A program made the translations under genes and the position numbers. From Candidatus Bipolaricaulota bacterium (GTDB taxonomy: Bacteria; Bipolaricaulota; Bipolaricaulia; UBA7950; UBA9294): DNA of 64,000 nucleotides. Below the pieces are notes generated by a model. It was not told where the DNA came from. It saw nothing but the letters and a program-made list of their open reading frames with translations, and made no database searches. This document shows, piece by piece, positions 37,188-47,238 of the stretch. Numbering within the stretch: position 1 is the first letter of the stretch; each line of letters opens with the position of its first letter. The stretch spans positions 2,580 to 66,579 of the forward strand of contig JBFMGK010000011.1 in assembly GCA_040752575.1 (NCBI GenBank), given 5' to 3'.

Positions 37188-38890
37188 GTCCGAGTCGCAA
37201 CACGGCGCCGGCGAACCCAGGGCGTGCAGAGAGCCGCAGACCGGCGCCCCATGATCTGATCGTCGTCGGCGGGGGAATGGCGGGACTCACGGCGAGCGCG
37301 TACGCCGCGCGGGCGGGTCGCCGCGTCCTGTTGTGCGACAAGGAGCCCGTCCTCGGAGGACTGGTTCGGTCGTTCGTCCGCAAGGACTTCATCTGGGATG
37401 CGGGCATTCGCGCCCTTGAGGACTCCGGAATCATCTTCCCGATGCTGGGCGACCTGGGCATCCACATCGACTTCGCCCAGAGCCCTGTTTCCGTTGGGAT
37501 CGAAGACCGAGTGATCGCCGTGGAGTCCAAGGAGAGTCTCGCCAGCTATCAGGCGTTGCTCGAGCATTTCTACCCGGAAGCGCGAGCGGACATCGCGAAG
37601 ATCCTGAGCGTCATCCGGCGTGTGATGAAGCACATGGACGTCCTGTACGGCGTCGAGAACCCGGCGTTCAAGGATCTCCGGCATGACCGCGGATACGTCC
37701 TCCGCGAGCTCCTGCCGTGGTTGGGCAAGTTCCTCGTGACGATCGGCAAGATTCGCCGGATGGGGATGCCCGTGGACCAGTACCTGGAGCGGCTGACCGA
37801 TTCTCAGACGCTGATCGACATCATCAGCCAGCATTTCTTCCGGAAGACGCCGGCGTTCTTCGCGCTGAGCTACTTCAGCCTGTATCTCGACTACGTCTAC
37901 CCCAAAGGCGGGACGGGGACCCTCTCTCGGGCGATGGAGCAGCACTGCGAGGAGAACGGCGTCGACATCCGCAGACAGACGCGAATCGCGGCGGTCGATC
38001 CGATCGCCCACACGGTGGTCGACGACCGGGGGAAGACCTATGCATATCGTCAACTCCTCTGGGCGGCCGACCTGAAAACCCTCTACCGAAGCATCGACTT
38101 CCGACGGCTTCCCGAAGAAGGGTGGGCTCGGCAGGCCGGCGCGCGTTCCGCCGTCGTAAAGGCGTCGAGGGGCGGCGACAGCGTGTTCACGCTCTACTTG
38201 GCTCTTGACATCGATCCGTCGTGGTTCGCCGCGAAGTCCAACGGGCACTTCTTCTACTCGCCGACCCGCACGGGAGTTGGCGCGGGCATCTTCTCGAGCC
38301 TCGATGCGATCCTTTCGCAGGCGGCCCTTGGCGAGGCGGCAACGGTCTTCGAGAAGATGCTGGACTGGATCGAGCGGTATGTCGGCTCGACGACCTACGA
38401 GATCTCGATCCCCGTGCTGAAGGATGGTTCGATGGCGCCGGAGGGGAAGACCGGGCTCATCGTGAGTGTCCTGTTCGATCACGCGCTCTGCGAGGCCGCG
38501 CGCGCTCTGGGGCGCTACGAGGATCTCAAGTTGGCCGTGGAGGAACGGCTGATCGAGACACTGGAGGCCTCCATCTACCCGGGGATTCGCGGGGCCGTGC
38601 TGGATCGCTTCTCGTCGACTCCTCTGACGATTGCCGAAGCTGTCGGGAGCTCGGAAGGGGCCATCACCGGCTGGGCGTTCACCGACCCTGTGCCGGCTGT
38701 GCGCCGGATCGAGCAGGTCGCTCGGTCCGTCCTGACGCCCTTCCCCGACATCTCGCAGGCTGGGCAGTGGTCCTACAGCCCTTCCGGAGTCCCCATAGCG
38801 ATTCTGACGGGGAAGCTTGCCGCCGACCGTGCGCTCAAGGGGTTGCGGCGCCGGCGGACCGGGATTCGCGCGGCACGCGGCGAACCGTGA
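37184..38890 (+). CDS. FAD-dependent oxidoreductase, phytoene dehydrogenase superfamily
   Basis: GGGMAGLTAS, YPKGGTGTLSRAM, STPLTI..GSSEGAITGW, AGQW. Confidence 0.88.
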   Translation: MSPSRNTAPANPGRAESRRPAPHDLIVVGGGMAGLTASAYAARAGRRVLLCDKEPVLGGLVRSFVRKDFIWDAGIRALEDSGIIFPMLGDLGIHIDFAQSPVSVGIEDRVIAVESKESLASYQALLEHFYPEARADIAKILSVIRRVMKHMDVLYGVENPAFKDLRHDRGYVLRELLPWLGKFLVTIGKIRRMGMPVDQYLERLTDSQTLIDIISQHFFRKTPAFFALSYFSLYLDYVYPKGGTGTLSRAMEQHCEENGVDIRRQTRIAAVDPIAHTVVDDRGKTYAYRQLLWAADLKTLYRSIDFRRLPEEGWARQAGARSAVVKASRGGDSVFTLYLALDIDPSWFAAKSNGHFFYSPTRTGVGAGIFSSLDAILSQAALGEAATVFEKMLDWIERYVGSTTYEISIPVLKDGSMAPEGKTGLIVSVLFDHALCEAARALGRYEDLKLAVEERLIETLEASIYPGIRGAVLDRFSSTPLTIAEAVGSSEGAITGWAFTDPVPAVRRIEQVARSVLTPFPDISQAGQWSYSPSGVPIAILTGKLAADRALKGLRRRRTGIRAARGEP

Positions 38891-38966
38891 CGAGACGCGG
38901 AAGGATCGGCGGGGTGCGACTCGCTGGCAGGTTGGCGAGCCGATCGAACACAAGGAGGTTCTGAGC

Positions 38967-39746
38967 ATGAAAGGGGCAAGATCTCGATGGGGCGTGGCCC
39001 TTGCCGCGGTGGCTGCGGCGCTGAACGTCGTGGCTGCGGGGGCGTTGCCGGACCTCGAGGGGACGTGGGCCATGCTGCAGGTCTACCCGAGGATCGCCGA
39101 GTTGCCGCTGGTCGGGGACTCCGCGCAGACAAGCTACGTGATCCAGCTGGTGGACGTCGGGCAGGAGGGGGCGCTGCTTCGGATGGACGATCGCTACTGC
39201 TTCACCTACATCGAAGAGAACACCTTCCTCGCCAAGACGGAGATTCCCGATGCCTTCATGCGTTCCTTGATGCCCCATCCGCGTGAAGCGTCGGTGCGCG
39301 AACAGAACGGGGAGATTTGCTTCGAACAGCCTTCCTACGTTGAGGTCCGCGGTGCGATTCTGGAGAACCCCGAGACCGACGTACTGCCTTTGGGTCCGGA
39401 GGATCCGCGGGTGGTCGATCAAGACGCCGACGGCTTCCCCGGGATGACGGTGAACGTGAGTCTCCTCGGCCTGATGCAGGCCCAGATCTACGTTGTGCAG
39501 CGTGTCCAATATGCGCTTCAGGGAGTGGTCGTCTCGCCGGATCGAATCGAGGGTCTTGTCGACTGGACCGACGAACAGGTGATCCTCTCCGCGACGAGCC
39601 CACTTCTCTTGGCCGGCGCCGAAAGCCGACCCGATCCGGATCCGGCCAAGCACATCTTCGTGATGCTCCGCGCGCAGGAAGCTTGGACGTGCGAGTGGCT
39701 TCGCGACCACTGGCGCGAGGTGTTCGGCGTAGGGGACGGGATCTAG
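38967..39746 (+). CDS. Hypothetical secreted protein with DQDADGFPG Ca-binding-like loop
   Basis: AAGGAGG RBS, signal peptide. Confidence 0.72.
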   Translation: MKGARSRWGVALAAVAAALNVVAAGALPDLEGTWAMLQVYPRIAELPLVGDSAQTSYVIQLVDVGQEGALLRMDDRYCFTYIEENTFLAKTEIPDAFMRSLMPHPREASVREQNGEICFEQPSYVEVRGAILENPETDVLPLGPEDPRVVDQDADGFPGMTVNVSLLGLMQAQIYVVQRVQYALQGVVVSPDRIEGLVDWTDEQVILSATSPLLLAGAESRPDPDPAKHIFVMLRAQEAWTCEWLRDHWREVFGVGDGI

Positions 39747-39841
39747 CTGTAGGCAACCTGGAGCCGTCGGCCGATCGCTTGCGCTTGCGAGGTCCCATGG
39801 AGACCCCGCATGACGGGCGATGCGGCTGACCCTGACTTCTC

Positions 39842-40792
39842 CTAGGGTGCAGCCTTTACGAGGCGGAAGCCCAACGTGTTGTGCTCGGTATCCGGAGCAA
39901 GGTAATGTCGGCGCGCAACGGGACAACGACTGGCGTCATGGTACCAGCTTCCCCCGCGATCCACGCGGTGCGTTCCCGTGGCCGGGCCACGGGGGGACTC
40001 GCCACCCGACAGCCCCTCTTCGTACCAGTCCCAACACCACTCCAAGACGTTTCCCGCCATGTCATAGAGGCCATAGCCATTGGCGTCGAAGCCTCCCACC
40101 GGAGCCGTGAACGGGTAGCCACCCACGGCATAGGCAGGATGGTCGCCGCGAGTGGAACTCGTGTCATAGCTGTAGAACACGTCGCTGTAGTAGTTCGCAC
40201 GGGTCTGCTGAATCTCGTCCGTGTCGCACCAGGGGAAGCGGTGGCCTTCGCAGCCGCCACGCGCTGCCTCCTCCCACTGCGCCTCGGTGGGAAGGAAGTA
40301 TCCGTTCGCGGCCCAGTCCACCCACTCGATCCGCACATCGACACTCCCCGTCCTGTAGGCGAACTTCCTCGCTCCATCCGTGTAGTAGCACGGCGTGAGG
40401 CCTTCCATCTCGCTGCGGGCGTTTGCCCACTTCACGGCCTCGTACCACGAGACGCCGAAGACGGGGTGATCCGCTGCCTTCGCGCTGGCGTCTGTCGGGC
40501 CGATGTCGTACCCGTTCTCCGCTGCCCACGCCGCCACGCGATCCCACTGGGCCTTGGTCGTCTCGACGGCATCCATGTAGAAGGCATCGAGCTTCACCTC
40601 GTGCATCGAGGGAGTGCTGTCGTCGTTGGCAGCGAAGTCGTCGCCCATCATGAAGCTGGATGCCGCGATGAGGATCATCCCTTCTGGCGGCTCAAGTTGC
40701 TCCTGCACCGCGGACGCGATGTGTCCGACACACGCCGCGGCAAGAACGAGCAGAATGCCCAACAGGGAACGCATGGCTTGGCTCTTCTTCAT
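39842..40792 (-). CDS. Secreted FGE-sulfatase (SUMF1) domain protein
   Basis: FMMGD, HEVKLDAFYM, PTEAQWEEAARGG, NGYGLYDMAGNVLEWCWDWY, RGGSW, LGFRLV. Confidence 0.92.
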   Translation of the reverse strand: MKKSQAMRSLLGILLVLAAACVGHIASAVQEQLEPPEGMILIAASSFMMGDDFAANDDSTPSMHEVKLDAFYMDAVETTKAQWDRVAAWAAENGYDIGPTDASAKAADHPVFGVSWYEAVKWANARSEMEGLTPCYYTDGARKFAYRTGSVDVRIEWVDWAANGYFLPTEAQWEEAARGGCEGHRFPWCDTDEIQQTRANYYSDVFYSYDTSSTRGDHPAYAVGGYPFTAPVGGFDANGYGLYDMAGNVLEWCWDWYEEGLSGGESPRGPATGTHRVDRGGSWYHDASRCPVARRHYLAPDTEHNTLGFRLVKAAP

Positions 40793-40919
40793 GGAACGGA
40801 CCCCCTTTCCAGATCATCGTACCTTCGCAGGGCCCAGCGCGGCTACCGACCCGGCGAGGTCGCCTACCCGAGTCTGAATACCAGGCGATCGCGAGAAGGT
40901 CGGCCGCGCAACGCTAGGC

Positions 40920-41636
40920 TCATTCTGCGATCAGCGCGGCGAGAAGCGTTGCGAAGTCGAGTTCGTCGCGCCGGTCGATCGAGTCCAGGATGAACCGAAA
41001 CTGGTAGTAGCCGTACTGGTACGGGTCTCGCGCCAAGGCGGCGTACTGGCTGTTGAAGAACTGCGCTTCCTCGGACTGCGGTGGCGTGGGATCGGCGAGC
41101 CGCGCGAGGGCGGCCTCAAGCCTTGGCCGCAAGCTGTGAAAGAGCGTGTCTCCGCCGTCCAGGCCGCCGAAGAAGGCGACGGCGATGTCGTTGGCTTCGC
41201 GCTCGGAAGCGTAGCGATCGCGTTCGACGCCCAGGCCCCACTGCAGCCAGTGAGCCATCTCGTGCGCGACGAGAAAGGTGTTGAACAACCCGATAAACAG
41301 TGTCGCGGCGTCCTCTTCGGAGTCGGCCAGCTCAACGAAGAACCGTCGGAGCGCCGGATCCAGCGTCGGCCAGTGGGGGATCACGATCCTCTGCGCGCGG
41401 GGGTCGAAGTACGCGAGATTCGGCGTGTTGAGGACTTCGACGGTGGGTGCGACGGCCGCTCCATCCAGACTCTCGTTCACCGCCAGCGCGAACGAGAAGA
41501 CGATTCGCTCGGCTGCTGTCTGAACCTGCTCCGGCGTCGCGTCGATCGAGAGAGCGAGCAGCGAGACGTTGGCTGGCGCAGCGTGGCCGACCGTGCAGAG
41601 CAGTCCGGCAAGTACGAGGCAGGCTACACGAGTCAT
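40920..41636 (-). CDS. Secreted protein with HExxH zincin-like motif
   Basis: Signal peptide; LVAHEMAHWLQ ... EREANDIA. Confidence 0.72.
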   Translation of the reverse strand: MTRVACLVLAGLLCTVGHAAPANVSLLALSIDATPEQVQTAAERIVFSFALAVNESLDGAAVAPTVEVLNTPNLAYFDPRAQRIVIPHWPTLDPALRRFFVELADSEEDAATLFIGLFNTFLVAHEMAHWLQWGLGVERDRYASEREANDIAVAFFGGLDGGDTLFHSLRPRLEAALARLADPTPPQSEEAQFFNSQYAALARDPYQYGYYQFRFILDSIDRRDELDFATLLAALIAE

Positions 41637-41797
41637 CTGAGGACGATCGTATGCCGAATCGGAAGGCTGAGCTACTGCGCCCGACGCGCGGTTCCCCATG
41701 GGATGGGCTGCGCGCCGCCACCAAGCCGCAGGTACCTTCAGACAGAGCGCTGGCGCGTGGCTCGTTCGTCCATGACGTGCGCCGAAGTGGACGTCTT

Positions 41798-44700
41798 TCA
41801 CTCGCTAGTTGCATCGAGGGGAAGGTCGAAGAAGAACCGCGTGAACTTGCCGACCTGCGTCTCGAACAGCAGCCGCCCATCGTGCTCGGCTGCGATCCCA
41901 CGGCTGACCCAGAGCCCGAGGCCGGTGCCTTGGTCGCGGCCTCGGCTCGTGAAGAAGGGATCGAAGATGCGATCGCGGATCGCTTCGGGAATCCCGACGC
42001 CGTGATCTGCCACGGTCGTGCGCAGCCACCTACCCTCTGCGTCCTCGAGCACTTCGACCGCAAGGGTCAGCTGCTTGTTCGGATCGCCTCGCGGATAGCG
42101 TTCGTCGAGAGCCGCCTGCGCGTTGGTGATCAAGTTCACGAGCACCTGTTGGACCTGCTGCTTGCGGCACTTCACCATGGGTGCGTCGACCGGGATGTTG
42201 ACGGCGAGCTCGATCTGGCTTCTGATGAGCGACGAACGCAGGAGAGACAGCGACGCGTTCACGATCTCGGAGATGCCGACGACGCTGCCGGTGCCATCGC
42301 CGTGCCTCGCGTAGGTGAGGAGATTGCGTACGATCTCTGCGATGCGGTTCCCCTCGGCCAGAATCCCCTGTGCGAACTCGGCGACGCGTTCGTCATCGCC
42401 GGCTCTTGTCTTGATCAGCTCGGCGTAGTTCAGGACTCCGGTCAGAGGGTTGTTGATCTCGTGCGCCACGCCGCTGGCGAGCGTGCCGATCGACTCGAGT
42501 CTCTGGGTCTGTCGGAGGTGCGCCTCGCGCTCTCTTTGGAACTCCTCCTCTTGCCGCTGCCGCGTGATGTCGGCCACGATGCAGAGGATAGCAGGCCGCG
42601 CCTCCCACTCGATGCGCGACGCGTACCCCTTGACCCAGCGCACCGTGCCCCGTTCGGACACAACGCGAAACTCGTTACCGGTCTCGAACGCTTCTCCCGC
42701 CAGCCGGCGCCGGAAACGCTCCGCAACCGTCGGCAGATCGGCGGGGTGGATGAACTCGTGGAAACGGCGCGCGGCGAGAGTCGGAGCGGAGGACTCGAGA
42801 AGCCGCAACGTGGACGCATTCGCAAACCGCACGACATCGTCCTGGATGATGCAGATCGACTCCGTGGAGTGCTCGACGACCTGCCGATACTTTTCCTCGC
42901 TCTCGCGCATCGACTGCTCGTGGCGAGTGCGTTCCTCCTCCAGCTTGAGGCTGTGCAGGGCATAGGCCACGTCGCCGACGAGTTCCTTGAACAAGGATTG
43001 CTCCTCGGGATCGTCCGCGAGGCCCTTGGGAAGAGCGACAACCAGAACCCCATACTGCCGTTCCCCCAGCCGCAACGCGCCGGCGAGCGCCGCTGTATCG
43101 CGGTAGAGGCGGGACAGAGGGCACGAAACACAGTTGGTGTCGGTGTTATGGATGACGCTCACTCCGCTCACGGACTCCATCGCCGCGTGACAGCAGGCGG
43201 GGCACTCTCCGCGCTCGAGCGCCGCCTTCACCTTGGAGAACTCGGCGCCAATCCCCGACTCGGCATAAGCAAGAAGCTTCCCCTGGGGGTCTTGCACCCC
43301 GATCCATGCGCTGCGATAGCCGCGTGTAGAGATGAGGATCTCACAGGATCGCGAGAGGAGGGCCTGGCGGTCTGTCGCGTGGGTGATGAGCTGGTTGACA
43401 TCGCGAATCGCACGCAAGACGCGATTGAGGTGCTCGATGCGGGCCGCGGCGCGCTTGCGGGCCGTGATGTCCTCGGCGGCGGCCATGATGGCGACCGCGT
43501 CGCCGCCAGCATCACGCACCGGCGCGGCCGAGAGACGGATGTCGAGCGGTTGGCCATCGCGCCGCCGGCCGGGGATCTCCCGCCCCGCGAATCCCCCCTC
43601 TTGCAGAGCCTGTCGACGCAGTGCGGCAACCTCGTCGTGCGAGCCATCTGGAAGAATCGGCAGCGGCTTGCCGACCACGTCGCCTTCCGCCCAGCCGAAA
43701 ACACGTTGCGCGGACGCGTTCCACGTGAGAACGCGATCCTCCATGTCGGTGCTGAACAGGGCTACCGGCGAGCAGCTCAGCAAGGCTCGCTGCAGTTCGG
43801 CGCTTTCGCGGAGTTCTTTCGTGCGAGCGCGCACTTGCCGGCGGAGGCTCTGTGCCCAGAACAGGGCCAGCGCAACGAAGAGCAGGAGCGAGCTGGCGGC
43901 GATCAGCACGAGCTTCAGCCATCGACGGGCGACGATGCCGGGGTCGTAGATGCCCATCCACGTCTCGTAGATGTGCCGATACTCCCCCGACTGCTCGAGG
44001 ACCGTGAGTCCTTCGCTCAGCTCCGCGAGCAGGGCCGCACTTCCCTCCGCTACGGCGAAGCAGTACTCGAGCGCGAGGAGAGGCGTGCGCCCGACGACGA
44101 GATCCCGCATCTCGGTGCGGCGAATCCAGTCCAAGGCCGTGCTACGGGCCACGAGCGCGCAGTCGAAGTCGCCCGCCGCGACGGCTTGAAGCGCCTCCGC
44201 TTGCGTCTCCACGGTGACCAGGCTGTCTGATAGCCCGTGATCCAGGGCGTAGCGCTCCATGATGTCGCCGGCTTCAACGACGATGCGCCTGCCCTTGAGC
44301 GCCTCCGCGGAAGACGGCGGCGGTCCCTCACCGGCGCGCATCACGGCCACGCAGTGGTTGACAATGTGGGCCTGGCTGAAGTCGAACCTCTGATCGCGTT
44401 CCGGCGAGTAGTACATCCCCGCGAGGGCGTCGACTTCGCCGTCTTCGAGTGCCTGGACCATTTCTGCCCACGGACCCAAGCGAATCTGGATGTCGAGCCC
44501 GACCGCCTGGGCCACGGCCCGTACGAGGTCGATGTTGTAGCCCGCCGGCTGTCCGTCGGCGTTGAGATACTCAAACGGCGGGTAGTCGAAGTCGCCGCCG
44601 ATGAGAATGGCCCGATTCGGCGGCAGCTCCAGATGCGCGAACCACTTCGCGTAGAGCCGGCGATACGTGCCGTCCGCGATGACGAGTGCGAGCCCTTCGT

Positions 44701-45403
44701 TCAGAACGGCGAGGAGATCGGCGTTACCTTGCCGGACCGCGAAACAGAAATCCTGCGAGAACTCCAGGATGGGCGGCTCGACGATCCGCAATTGCGAGGA
44801 AAGGTCGAGTTCGTCGATCAGGCGTATCGCGACGAGCTGCTGGATGACGACCGCGTCGCATCCGCGACGGGTCAGGAGACGGAGAGCTTCGGCGAAGGTC
44901 GGCGTTGTGACGATCTGGAACCCGCGCTCCTCGCGGCGCAGGAACTCCTCTGTGTTGTCGCCTGCCATGACAGCGACGACGCGCCCGCGAAGATCGTTGA
45001 GGGTTCGTACGTCATGGGTCTCACTGCGGACGACGATCGCTCCATGCATGACCAGGTACGGCACGGTGAAGTCGAAGATGGACTCGCGCTCGGGAGTCCG
45101 TCCCACCAGGGGGAGGGCCTCGATCTCGCCGCGTTCGAGCCAGCCGCGCACGTCCTCCCATGGGCCCGTCCGGAAGGTCACGTCTCGCCCCATCGCCCGC
45201 GCCGCTGCGGCCATGAGCTCGACCGAGAAGCCGTCAGCAGTTCCATCCTCGTGGACGATGCAAAACGGGGGATAGTCAACCTCGCAACCCGAGGAGATGG
45301 GAGTGAGCGGGTCACTCTGCGCGACAGCCGCTGCGCCGAGAGACAGCACGCAAAGCAGGACGCCAGCCAACCCGTCGAGGGATCTCAGCGCGCCAGGTCT
45401 CAT
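41798..45403 (-). CDS. Sensor histidine kinase: 2x SBP family 3, TM, PAS, GAF, PAS, HisKA, HATPase
   Basis: DYPPF..GFSVEL twice; GVAHEINNPL; QVLVNLITNA; DHGVGI; FDPFFT; GTGLGL. Confidence 0.93.
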   Translation of the reverse strand: MRPGALRSLDGLAGVLLCVLSLGAAAVAQSDPLTPISSGCEVDYPPFCIVHEDGTADGFSVELMAAAARAMGRDVTFRTGPWEDVRGWLERGEIEALPLVGRTPERESIFDFTVPYLVMHGAIVVRSETHDVRTLNDLRGRVVAVMAGDNTEEFLRREERGFQIVTTPTFAEALRLLTRRGCDAVVIQQLVAIRLIDELDLSSQLRIVEPPILEFSQDFCFAVRQGNADLLAVLNEGLALVIADGTYRRLYAKWFAHLELPPNRAILIGGDFDYPPFEYLNADGQPAGYNIDLVRAVAQAVGLDIQIRLGPWAEMVQALEDGEVDALAGMYYSPERDQRFDFSQAHIVNHCVAVMRAGEGPPPSSAEALKGRRIVVEAGDIMERYALDHGLSDSLVTVETQAEALQAVAAGDFDCALVARSTALDWIRRTEMRDLVVGRTPLLALEYCFAVAEGSAALLAELSEGLTVLEQSGEYRHIYETWMGIYDPGIVARRWLKLVLIAASSLLLFVALALFWAQSLRRQVRARTKELRESAELQRALLSCSPVALFSTDMEDRVLTWNASAQRVFGWAEGDVVGKPLPILPDGSHDEVAALRRQALQEGGFAGREIPGRRRDGQPLDIRLSAAPVRDAGGDAVAIMAAAEDITARKRAAARIEHLNRVLRAIRDVNQLITHATDRQALLSRSCEILISTRGYRSAWIGVQDPQGKLLAYAESGIGAEFSKVKAALERGECPACCHAAMESVSGVSVIHNTDTNCVSCPLSRLYRDTAALAGALRLGERQYGVLVVALPKGLADDPEEQSLFKELVGDVAYALHSLKLEEERTRHEQSMRESEEKYRQVVEHSTESICIIQDDVVRFANASTLRLLESSAPTLAARRFHEFIHPADLPTVAERFRRRLAGEAFETGNEFRVVSERGTVRWVKGYASRIEWEARPAILCIVADITRQRQEEEFQREREAHLRQTQRLESIGTLASGVAHEINNPLTGVLNYAELIKTRAGDDERVAEFAQGILAEGNRIAEIVRNLLTYARHGDGTGSVVGISEIVNASLSLLRSSLIRSQIELAVNIPVDAPMVKCRKQQVQQVLVNLITNAQAALDERYPRGDPNKQLTLAVEVLEDAEGRWLRTTVADHGVGIPEAIRDRIFDPFFTSRGRDQGTGLGLWVSRGIAAEHDGRLLFETQVGKFTRFFFDLPLDATSE

Positions 45404-45763
45404 CCGTCATCCTACACCAACTTGGCCTGAGGAAGTGGATCTTGATGGGATTCGCCAGGCGCGGCGGTAACGCTGGGACGGCCGCGGGTCTGAGATCTGG
45501 CGCATCAAGGGCTATGGAGCGACGACTCGCCGGGGAGTCCACGAGCGAGCGTCAGGAGCCGAGATCGCCGCGTCCCTGTGTGACTCGCCGCCAGTCTTAA
45601 GGGCCGAGTGGAGAGCCAAGGGCAGAGCCACGGTAGTCAGCGGGCCTCTTCGGGCCGGGGAGCGATCCGAAACGCGCGGAGATGCCGCAACATGGCCATC
45701 TGCCAGCGCCTGCGGGGTGGGGTCGGCCGCGTGCGTGCGTGCGTGTTCCGGCGTCCGATGGCC

Positions 45764-46430
45764 CTACGTCGGCTCTGCGTTTCGCTTTGCGTTTGCCCGA
45801 ATCGCCTCACTGGACCACATGGCAAGCCCTTGGCGGTGATGGTCGTAGAACGCCCTGAACCGCGGGTCTGCCAGGTATCCAGTCGCAAGAGCGGCGTGCA
45901 TCTCATGCGAACAAGGGTAGAAGGCCTGATCGATGACGAGCCGCGCGCGCTCGGCGATCTCCATCCCTTCGTCGCTTGTCGGAAGCACGCCACGATCGAA
46001 AGCGTCGAGCATCCTCTCCGTAACCGCCAGGTTCATGTCGCGGATGCGCTCCCAGTCCGCCTTGGTGTACCTGCTGGCGCGCCGCGAGTACTCCCGATAC
46101 GCATCGGTGCGGCCCCAGCGCGCCTTGACCTCTTCTTCGTGTTCGGCCGGGTCGAAGTCTCCGAAGACCGCGAACATCTCGTGCGGATCCATGTCCCTCC
46201 TCTCCTGCAAGTCGTGGATCGTCCTGTCAATCAGGGCCATTGTCGCCGCGAGACGAGCCGCCTGCCGCTCCAGTTGGACTCGCTGGCTGGCGAGCGCGCG
46301 GCGGCTCAGCTTGGAGTCGGCGATAAGCGCGCAGATCTGGTCAAGCGAAAGTCCGAGTTCCCCGAGGCACAGGCCCGGCCGAAGCCTCTCCAAGTCTCCC
46401 GTCGAGTACAGGCGGTACCCGGCCCGGCGG
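45764..46430 (-). pseudogene. tipA: tipA-like MerR regulator lacking most of its HTH; internal TipAS frame 46192-45764 intact
   Basis: AGYRLYSTGDLERL..ELGLSLDQI with no upstream start or VRTLHHYD segment; C-terminal TipAS (EEVKARWG.TDAY.E, FYPCSHEMHAAL..YLADPRF). Confidence 0.75.
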
Positions 46431-46530
46431 GCAAGGTTCGTGGAGGCAGCGCATCGCCCCTCAGCTCGCTTCGTGCGGCGGCGGGCTCAACAGCCTGCTC
46501 TCGGGAGAGCGCGGGGCGGTTCGGCGGGGG

Positions 46531-46575
46531 TTGACATCAGGCGGGCAGTCGCTATGATGGTCAGCGGTCGATAAC
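46531..46575 (+). promoter_or_regulatory. Promoter TTGACA-N16-TATGAT with candidate TetR operator at 46560-46575
   Basis: Near-consensus hexamers upstream of TAAGGAG RBS. Confidence 0.7.
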
Positions 46576-46592
46576 TAACATAAGGAGTCCGA

Positions 46593-47177
46593 ATGATCCG
46601 CAAGAGCACGGCACAGAGACAGCAGGACATCGTGAGCGCAGTCCTGTCTCTGATTGCGGAGTCAGGGATTCAGGGTGTGACAATGGCCCGCATTGCTGGA
46701 AGGGTTGGGTTGACCGAAGCTGCGTTGTATCGGCACTTCAAAGGCAAACTAGCGATCGTTGGCGCCACGATAGATAGGGCATTCGACGAGCTACTTGAAG
46801 CGCTGGAGCCGGCCGGGAGAGGAGGGGACGTGCTCGGGAAGCTCAAGGCCGCGCTCACTGCGCACGTAAGCTTCGTCGAAGGACGGCCGTGGATGGCTCG
46901 CATCCTGTTCTCGGACGAGGTGCACTTCAACTCCAAGGAGCTGAAGCAGAAACTCATCGCCCGTGGAGATGAAGTGGCCCAAAGGATTGGCGGGATGCTC
47001 GCTCTGGGCAAGGCAACGGGCGAACTCGACAGGGAGCTTGATGTGCAAAGCGCAGTGGTGATGTATCGCGGAATCGTGCAAGCCCAGGTGATGCTCTGGA
47101 CGCAAGGGAAGCTTGAGAGGCTTATGGAGCGTCAAGAGGGACTCTGGACTCTCTACCGCAGGGCAATTGGCGGGTGA
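46593..47177 (+). CDS. TetR/AcrR family regulator
   Basis: GVTMARIAGRVGLTEAALYRHFKGK. Confidence 0.93.
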   Translation: MIRKSTAQRQQDIVSAVLSLIAESGIQGVTMARIAGRVGLTEAALYRHFKGKLAIVGATIDRAFDELLEALEPAGRGGDVLGKLKAALTAHVSFVEGRPWMARILFSDEVHFNSKELKQKLIARGDEVAQRIGGMLALGKATGELDRELDVQSAVVMYRGIVQAQVMLWTQGKLERLMERQEGLWTLYRRAIGG

Positions 47178-47238
47178 GTTTTTTTGGTCTCGGAAGTGAG
47201 CGAGCGCTTACTGATATACGGACGGACGGGAGAATGGA

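Noticed and set aside
36506-39073. Very long overlapping or antisense ORFs (e.g. 37118-39073, 41447-44230, 53724-55202, 17267-18547)
   Set aside because: Shadow frames typical of high-GC DNA opposite well-supported genes; Arg/Ala/Pro-rich with no motifs.
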